Assembly (NCBI GenBank): GCA_009914755.4
Contig: CP068257.2
Location: forward strand, 576,001-640,000
Reading direction: 5' to 3'
From: the human T2T-CHM13v2.0 reference genome, Homo sapiens
Length of the DNA: 64,000 bases
A model generated the notes under the pieces. That model did not search any database and had not been told where the DNA came from. It saw only the letters and a list, made by a program, of their open reading frames with translations. How positions within the stretch are numbered: the first letter of the stretch is position 1; every line of letters begins with the position of its first letter. The position numbers and the translations under genes are program-made. This document shows, in pieces, positions 56,490-64,000 of this stretch.

Positions 56490-58461
56490 CTCTTGGATCT
56501 GCCTATGGGGGCATTGTGACAAATCTCTGCACTGATCACCCAGGTGATGTAACTGTTGTGTAACCTCTGCCTACAGGGGAATTGGGAGAGATCTCGCCAC
56601 TGATCACCCAAGTGATGTAACCATTGTCTAGGCTTTGCGTACAGGGGGCTTTGTGACATACCTTTGCACTGTTCACCCAGGTGATGTAACACATCTAAGT
56701 TCGGCCTAAAGGAGCTTTGTGACATATCTGTGCACTGATCACTTAGGTGATGGAACACTTTTATAAGCACTGCCTACAGGGAATTTTGACAAATCTCTGC
56801 ACTGATCACCTAGGTGATGTAACGCTTGTCTACCCTCTGTCCAACGGGGCATTGTGAAATATCTCTGCACTGATCACCCAGGTGATTCAACTCTTGACTA
56901 GGATCTGCATACAGAGGAAATTGTGAAATATCTCTGCACTGATAACCTAGGTGGTGTAATCCTTATCGAAGCTCTGCCTACAGGGGCGTTTTCACATATC
57001 CCTGAAGTGATGACAAAGGTGATGTAACTCTTGCCTAGGCTTTGCCTACAGGGGACATAGGACATATATCTGCACTGATCACCCAGGTGATGCAACTCTA
57101 GCCTAGGCTTTGCCTACAGGGGACATTGTGACATATCGCTTCAATGATCACCCATGTGATGCAACTCTTGCCTAGGCTTTGCTACAGGGGACATTGTGAC
57201 ATATCTCTGCACTGATCTCCCAGGTGGTGTAACATTAGTCTAGACTCTATCTACACGGCATTGTGACATATCACTGCACTGATCAACCAGGTGATATAAC
57301 TCTTGTCTAGGCCCTGCCTACAGGTGGTTTCTGACATATCTCTGCACTGATCACCCAGGTGATATAACTCTTCTCTGGGATCTGCCTACAGGGTGCTTTG
57401 CGACATATCCCTGAAATGATCACCCAGGTGATCTAACTCTTGCTTATGCTCTGCCTAAAGGGGCCTTGTGACAGATATCTGCACTGATCACTCAGGTGAT
57501 GTAACTATTTTCTAGCCTCTGCTTAAAGGGGCCTTGTCACATACCTCTGCACTGATCACCCAGGTGATGTAACTCTTGTCTAGCCTCTGCTTTCATGGCA
57601 TCTTGTGACATATCTATGCGCTGATCACCTTAGTGATGAAACACTTGTGTAGGCTCGGCCTACAGGGGAATATTGACATATCTCTGCACTGTTAACCGAG
57701 GTGATTTAACTCTTCTCTAGGCTGTGCCCACAGGGGGATTGAGACATGTCTCTGCACTGATCCCGAGGTGATCCAACTGTTGCCTGGTCTCTGCCTACTG
57801 GGGACATTGTGACATATCTCTGCACTGATCTCCCAGGTGCTGTAACTTTAGTCTAGGCTCTGGCTACACGACATTGTGACATACCACTGCACTGATCACC
57901 CAGGTGATATAAATCTTTTCTAGGCTCTGCCTACAATGGCCTTGTGACATATCTCTGCACTGATCACCCAGGTGATATATCTCTTCTCTAGGATCTGACC
58001 ACAGGGTGCTTTGTGGCATTTCCCTGCAATGATCACCCAGGTGATATACCACTTGCCAAGGCTCTGCCTACAGGGGCATTGCAATGTATCTCTGCACTGA
58101 TTACCTCGGTCTTGTAAATCTTTTCTAGGATCTGCCCACATGGTGCCTTGTGACTTATCCCAGCAAGGATTACCCAGGTGATGTACCTCTCATCAAGGCT
58201 CTGCCTACAGGCACATTGCGATGTATCTCTGCACTGATCACCTAGGTCATGTAACTTTGTCTAGGCTCTGCCTACGATGGCATTGTGACATATCTCTGCA
58301 CTAATCATCCAAGTGATGTAACCCTTGTCTAGGATCTGCCTAAATTAACTTTGTGACATAACCCTGTACTGATCATCCAGGTGATGGGGCTTTTGTCTAG
58401 GCTGTGCCTAAGGGGGCATTGTGACATATTTCTGCATTGATCACCCAGGTGGCGAACTCTT
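56490..58461. repeat. HOR copy 30 (B 29-mer, 1972 bp)
   Basis: Marker spacing. Confidence 0.8.
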
Positions 58462-60231
58462 CTCTTGGATCTGCCTATGGGGGCATTGTGACAAATCTCT
58501 GCACTGATCACCTAGGTGATGGAACACTTTTATAAGCACTGCCTACAGGGAATTTTGACAAATCTCTGCACTGATCACCTAGGTGATGTAACGCTTGTCT
58601 ACCCTCTGTCCAACGGGGCATTGTGAAATATCTCTGCACTGATCACCCAGGTGACTCAACTCTTGACTAAGATCTGCCTACAGAGGTTATTGTGAAATAT
58701 CTCTACACTGATAAACTAGTTGGTGTATTCCTTATCGAAGCTCTGCCTACAGGGGCGTTTTCACATATCCCTGAAGTGATGACAAAGGTGATGTAACCCT
58801 TGCCTAGGCTTTGCCTACAGGGGACATAGGACATATATCTGCACTGATCACCCAGGTGATGCAACTCTAGCCTAGGCTTTGCCTACAGGGGACATTGTGA
58901 CATATCGCTTCAATGATCACCCATGTGATGCAACTCTTGCCTAGGCTTTGCCTACAGGGGACATTGTGACATATCTCTGCACTGATCTCCCAGGTGCTGT
59001 AACATTAGTCTAGACTCTGGCTACACGGCATTGTGACATATCACTGCACTGATCAACCAGGTGATATAACTCTTGTCTAGGCCCTGCCTACAGGGGGCTT
59101 GTGACATATCCCTGCACTGATCACCCAGGTGATATAACTCTTCTCTAGGGTCTGCCTACAGGGTGCTTTGCGACATATCCCTGCAATGATCACCCAGGTG
59201 ATCTAACTCTTGTTTAAGCTCTGCCTAAAGGGGCCTTGTGACAGATCTCTGCACTGATCACTCAGGTAATGTAACTATTGTCTAGGCTCTGCTTAAAGGG
59301 GCCTTGTCACATACCTCTGCACTGATCACCCAGGTGATGTAACTCTTGTCTAGCCTCTGCTTTTACGGGATATTGTGACATATCTATGCGCTGATCACCT
59401 TAGTGATGTAACACTTGTGTAGGCTCGGCCTACAGGGGAATATTGACATATCTCTGCATTGTTAACCGAGGTGATTTAACTCTTGTCTAGGCTGTGCCCA
59501 GAGGGGGATTGAGACATGTCTCTGCACAGATCCCGAGGTGATCCAACTGTTGCCTGGTCTCTGCCTACTGGGGACATTGTGACATATCTCTGCACTGATC
59601 TCCCAGGTGCTGTAACTTTAGTCTAGGCTCTGGTTACACGGCATTGTGACATATCACTGCACTCATCACCCAGGTGATATAAATCTTGTCTAGGCTCTGC
59701 CTACAATGGCCTTGTGACATATCTCTGCACTGATCACCCAGGTGATATAACTCTTCTCTAGGATCTGACCACAGGGTGCTTTGTGGCATTTCCCTGCAAT
59801 GATCACCCAGGTGATATACCACTTGCCAAGGCTCTGCCTACAGGGGCATTGCAATGTATCTCTGCACTGATCACCTCGGTCTTGTAACTCTTTTCTAGGA
59901 TCTGCCCACAGGGTGCCTTGTGACGTATCCCAGCAAGGATTACCCAGGTGATGTACCTCTCATCAAGGCTCTGCCTACAGGCACATGGCGATGTATCTCT
60001 TCACTGATCACCTAGGTCATGTAACTTTTGTCTAGGCTCTGCCTACGATGGCATTGTGACATATCTCTGCACTAATCATCCAAGTGATGTAACCCTTGTC
60101 TAGGATCTGCCTAAATTAACTTTGTGACATAAACCTGTACTGATCATCCAGGTGATGGGGCTTTTGTCTAGGCTCTGCCTAAGGGGACATTGTGACATAT
60201 TTCTGCATTGATCACCCAGTTGCGAACTCTT
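58462..60231. repeat. HOR copy 31 (26-mer, 1770 bp; 204-bp = 3-monomer deletion at about 58510)
   Basis: Marker spacing 1770. At 58491-58530 gacaaatctctgcactgatcacc joins directly to taggtgatggaacacttttataagc, skipping three monomers that are present in the other B copies. Confidence 0.8.
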
Positions 60232-62202
60232 CTCTTGGATCTGCCTATGGGGGCATTGTGACAAATCTCTGCACTGATCACCCAGGTGATGTAACTGTTG
60301 TGTAACCTCTGCCTACAGGGGAATTGTGAGAGATCTCGCCACTGATCACCCAAGTGATGTAACCATTGTCTAGGCTTTGCGTACAGGGGGCTTTGTGACA
60401 TACCTTTGCACTGATCACCCAGGTGATGTAACACATCTAAGTTCGGCCTAAAGGAGCTTTGTGACATATCTCTGCACTGATCACTTAGGTGATGGAACAC
60501 TTTTATCGGCACTGCCTACAGGGAATTTTGACAAATCTCTGCACTGATCACCTAGGTGATGTACTTGTCTACCCTCTGTCCAACGGGGCATTGTGAAATA
60601 TCTCTGCACTGATCACCCAGGTGATTCAACTCTTGACTAGGATCTGCCTACAGAGGTTATTGTGAAATATCTCTGCAATGATAAACTAGTTGGTGTAATC
60701 CTTATCGAAGCTCTGCCTACAGGGGCGTTTTCAGATATCCCTGAAGTGATGACAAAGGTGATGTAACTCTTGCCTAGGCTTTGCCTACAGGGGACACAGG
60801 ACATATATCTGCACTGATCACCCAGGTGTTGCAACTCTGGCCTAGGCTTTGCCTACAGGGGACATTTTGAGATATGGCTTCAATGATCACCCATGTGATG
60901 CAACTCTTGCCTAGGCTTTGCCTCCAGGGGACATTGTGACATATCTCTGAACTGATCTCCCAGGTGCTGTAACATTAGTCTAGACTCTGGCTACACGGCA
61001 TTATGACATATCACTGCACTGATCAACCAGGTGATATAACTCTTGTCTAGGCCCTGCCTACAGGGGGCTTGTGACATATCCCTGCACTGATCACGCAGGT
61101 GATATAACTCTTCTCTAGGATCTGCCTACAGGGTGCTTTGCGACATATCCCTGCAATGATCACCCAGGTGATCTAACTCTTGTTTAAGCTCTGCCTAAAG
61201 GGGCCTTGTGACAGATCTCTGCACTGATCACTCAGGTGACGTAACTATTGTCTAGGCTCTGCTTAAAGGGGCCTTGTCACATACCTCTGCAATGATCACC
61301 CAGGTGATGTAACTCTTGTCTAGCCTCTGCTTTCACGGCATATTGTGACATATCTATCCGCTGATCACCTTAGTGATGTAACACTTGTGTAAACTCGGCC
61401 TACAGGGGAATATTGACATATCTCTGCACTGTTAACCGAGGTGATTTAACTCTTGTCTAGGGTGTGCCCACAGGGGGATTGAGACATATCTCTGCACTGA
61501 TCCCGAGGTGATCCAACTGTTGCCTGGTCTCTGCCTACTGGGGACATTGTGACATATCTCTGCACTGATCTCCCAGGTGCTGTAACTTTAGTCTAGGCTC
61601 TGGTTACACGGCATTGTGACATATCACTGCACTCATCACCCAGGTGATATAAATCTTGTCTAGGCTCTGCCTACAATGGCCTTGTGACATATCTCTGCAC
61701 TGATCACCCAGGTGATATAACTCTTCTCTAGGATCTGACCACAGGGTGCTTTGTGGCATTTCCCTGCAATGATCACCCAGGTGATATACCACTTGCCAAG
61801 GCTCTGCCTACAGGGGCATTGCAATGTATCTCTGCACTGATCACCTCGGTCTTGTAACTCTTTTCTAGGATCTGCCCACAGGGTGCCTTGTGACGTATCC
61901 CAGCAAGGATTACCCAGGTGATGTACCTCTCATCAAGGCTCTGCCTACAGGCACATTGCGATGTATCTCTGCACTGATAAACTAGGTCATGTAACTTTTG
62001 TCTAGGCTCTGCCTACGATGGCATTGTGACATATCTCTGCACTAATCATCCAAGTGATGTAACCCTTGTCTAGGATCTGCCTAAATTAACTTTGTGACAT
62101 AACCCTGTACTGATCATCCAGGTGATGGGGCTTTTGTCTAGGCTCTGCCTAAGGGGGCATTGTGACATATTTCTGCATTGATCACCCAGGTGGCGAACTC
62201 TT
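60232..62202. repeat. HOR copy 32 (B 29-mer, 1971 bp)
   Basis: Marker spacing. Confidence 0.8.
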
Positions 62203-64000
62203 CTCTTGGATCTGCCTATGGGGGCATTGTGACAAATCTCTGCACTGATCACCCAGGTGATGTAACTGTTGTGTAACCTCTGCCTACAGGGGAATTGTGA
62301 GAGATCTCGCCACTGATCACCCAATTGATGTAACCATTGTCTAGGCTTTGCGTACAGGGTGCTTTGTGACATACATTTGCACTGATCAGTCAGGTGATGT
62401 AACACATCTAAGTTCGGCCTAAAGGAGCTTTGTGACATATCTCTACACTGATCACTTAGGTGATGGAACACTTTTATAAGCACTGCCTACAGGGAATTTT
62501 GACAAATCTCTGCACTGATCACCTAGATGATGTAACGCTTGTCTACCCTCTGTCCAACGGGACATTGTGAAATATCTCTGCACTGATCACCCAGGTGATT
62601 CAACTCTTGACTAGGATCTGCCTACAGAGGTTATTGTGAAATATCTCTGCACTGATAAACTAGGTGGTGTAATCCTTATCGAAGCTCTGCCTACAGGGGC
62701 GTTTTCACATATCCCTGAAGTGATGACAAAGGTGATGTAACTCTTGCCTAGGCTTTGCCTACAGGGGACATAGGACATATATCTGCACTGATCACCCAGG
62801 TGATGCAACTCTAGCCTAGGCTTTGCCTACAGGGGACATTGTGACATATCGCTTCAATGATCACCCATGTGATGCAACTCTTGCCTAGGCTTTGCCTACA
62901 GGGGACATTGTGACATATCTCTGCACTGATCTCCCAGGTGCTGTAACATTAGTCTAGACTCTGGCTACACGGCATTGTGACATATCACTGCACTGATCAA
63001 CCAGGTGATATAACTCTTGTCTAGGCCCTGCCTACAGGGGGCTTGTGACATATCTCTGCACTGATCACCCAGGTGATATAACTCTTCTCTAGGATCTGCC
63101 TACAGGGTGCTTTGCGACATATCCCTGCAATGATCACCCAGGTGATCTAACTCTTGTTTAAGCTCTGCCTAAAGGGGCCTTGTGACAGATCTCTGCACTG
63201 ATCACTCAGGTGATGTAACTATTGTCCAGGCTCTGCTTAAAGGGGACTTGCCACATACCTCTGCACTGATCACCCAGGTGATGTAACTCTTGTCTAGCCT
63301 CTGCTTTCACGGCATATTGTGATATATCCATGCGCTGATCACCTTAGTGATGTAACACTTCTGTAGGCTCGGCCTACAGGGGAATATTGACATATCTCTG
63401 CACTGCTAACCGAGGTGATTTAACTCTTGTCTATGCTGTGCCCACAGGGGGATTGAGACATGTCTCTGCACTGATCCCGAGGTGATCCAACTGTTGCCTG
63501 GTCTCTGCCTACTGGGGACATTGTGACATATCTCTGCACTGATCTCCCAGGTGCTGTAACTTTCGTCTAGGCTCTGGCTACACGGCATTGTTACATATCA
63601 CTGCACTGATCACCCAGGTGATATAAATCTTGTCTAGGCTCTGCCTAAAATGGCCTTGTGATATATCTCTGCACTGATCACCCAGGTGATATAACTCTTC
63701 TCTAGGATCTGACCACAGGGTGCTTTGTAGCATTTCCCTGCAATGATCACCCAGGTGATATACCACTTGCCAAGGCTCTGCCTACAGGGGCATTGCAATG
63801 TATCTCTGCACTGATCACCTCGGTCTTGTAACTCTTTTCTAGGATCTGCCCACAGGGTGCCTTGTGACGTATCCCAGCAAGGATTACCCAGGTGATGTAC
63901 CTCTCATCAAGGCTCTGCCTACAGACACATTGCGATGTATCTCTGCACTGATCACCTAGGTCATGTAACTTTTGTCTAGGCTCTGCCTACGATGGCATTG
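62203..64000. repeat. HOR copy 33 (B, partial; truncated by the window end)
   Basis: Marker at 62203. The array continues to the window edge. Confidence 0.8.

Larger units (their letters stand above)
1..64000. repeat. Uninterrupted tandem satellite array, monomer ~68 bp (67-69), ~940 monomers, single orientation; candidate primate beta satellite (Sau3A/BSR 68-bp family)
   Basis: The motif ctgcctacagggg recurs with a 68-bp spacing (e.g. 14 and 82). The same monomer family is visible in every line of the window. Each monomer contains tgatca (GATC). No stretch of unique sequence was seen. The family assignment is from memory of the BSR consensus, not from a search. Confidence 0.93.
38731..64000. 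repeat. HOR domain B: 29-monomer higher-order repeat (~1973/1974 bp)
   Basis: Markers at 38731, 40705, 42678, 44648, 46622, 48595, 50569, 52542, 54516, 56490, 58462, 60232 and 62203. Spacings are 1970-1974 bp except one of 1770 bp. Only one copy of the gatctgaccacagggtg monomer is present, where domain A has two. Confidence 0.85.

Noticed and set aside
1-64000. About 150 ORFs of 60-158 aa, all on the minus strand, including a 137-aa ORF that recurs every 2042 or 1973 bp and looks like a tandem gene family
   Set aside because: The ORFs sit entirely in satellite monomers. The plus strand of each 68-bp monomer has stop triplets in all three frames, while the reverse complement has only about three and so leaves long open runs; this explains the strand bias. 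The peptides repeat every 68 aa, which is 3 monomers or 204 bp. The ORFs recur only because the HOR recurs, and they start and stop at point mutations that differ between copies. None resembles a protein family I recognise.
1-64000. CRISPR-like periodic direct repeats
   Set aside because: The repeat is 68 bp and directly abutting, with no unique spacers. The material between conserved cores is itself repeated with HOR periodicity, and there is no leader or cas context. The 50% GC, the CpG depletion and the 2-kb HOR point to a eukaryotic satellite, not a prokaryotic array.
1-64000. Prokaryotic genomic island or defence locus
   Set aside because: There is no non-repetitive sequence, and the features are those of a vertebrate satellite: CpG depletion, HOR organisation and a 68-bp GATC-bearing monomer.
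1-64000. Minisatellite-encoded repetitive protein (mucin or antigen-like gene) on the minus strand
   Set aside because: The monomer length is 68 bp, which is not a multiple of 3. A conserved frame would therefore need 204-bp units, and the frequent indels between monomers (67-69 bp) and the point-mutation stops break the frame repeatedly. No continuous frame spans more than about 0.5 kb.

Overview
The whole 64 kb window is one uninterrupted head-to-tail satellite array. I see no genes, RNA genes, mobile elements, CRISPR arrays or unique sequence anywhere in it, and I do not think it contains a coding or defence system.

The basic monomer is about 68 bp (67-69 bp). Its consensus is roughly ctgcctacaggggcattgtgacatatctctgcactgatcacccaggtgatgtaactcttgtctaggct, about 50% GC, giving roughly 940 monomers. 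Monomers are arranged in higher-order repeats (HORs) of three related variants. A 30-monomer HOR of about 2042 bp dominates bases 1 to about 34,400, with deletion derivatives of 21, 22, 25, 28 and 29 monomers. A transitional 28-monomer HOR of about 1904 bp covers about 34.9-38.7 kb. A 29-monomer HOR of about 1973 bp runs from 38.7 kb to the end, with one 26-monomer derivative.

By eye, adjacent HOR copies are about 98-99.5% identical, while monomers inside one HOR differ by about 10-35%. The two main HOR families differ by a few percent and by one or two monomers. The switch between them lies inside a rearranged copy at 32.5-34.9 kb that carries a 479 bp internal duplication.

Every monomer has a GATC (Sau3AI/BclI) site and an imperfect dyad, ATCACC-CA-GGTGAT, which contains a CAGGTG E-box. 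Some monomers have the perfect 14 bp palindrome ATCACCTAGGTGAT or a CACGTG E-box. The 68 bp GATC-bearing monomer, the HOR organisation and the CpG depletion (TG/CA excess) fit a vertebrate satellite. The best candidate is primate beta satellite (Sau3A 68 bp family, BSR). That identification comes from memory of the family consensus, not from a search.

All ORFs in the six-frame track are on the minus strand. They are artefacts: stop codons are asymmetric between the strands of the monomer, and the peptides are internally periodic with a 68-aa repeat (3 monomers = 204 bp).

What is worth a second look is the record of array evolution. There are recurrent collapses at doublets of near-identical monomers, a monomer-scale gene conversion, very recent whole-HOR duplications, mosaic sharing of rare variants among non-adjacent copies, and the conserved dyad/E-box in every monomer.

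All coordinates come from hand-counting a recurring marker (ctcttggatctgcc) and are accurate to about +/-3 bp. The HOR phase is arbitrary.
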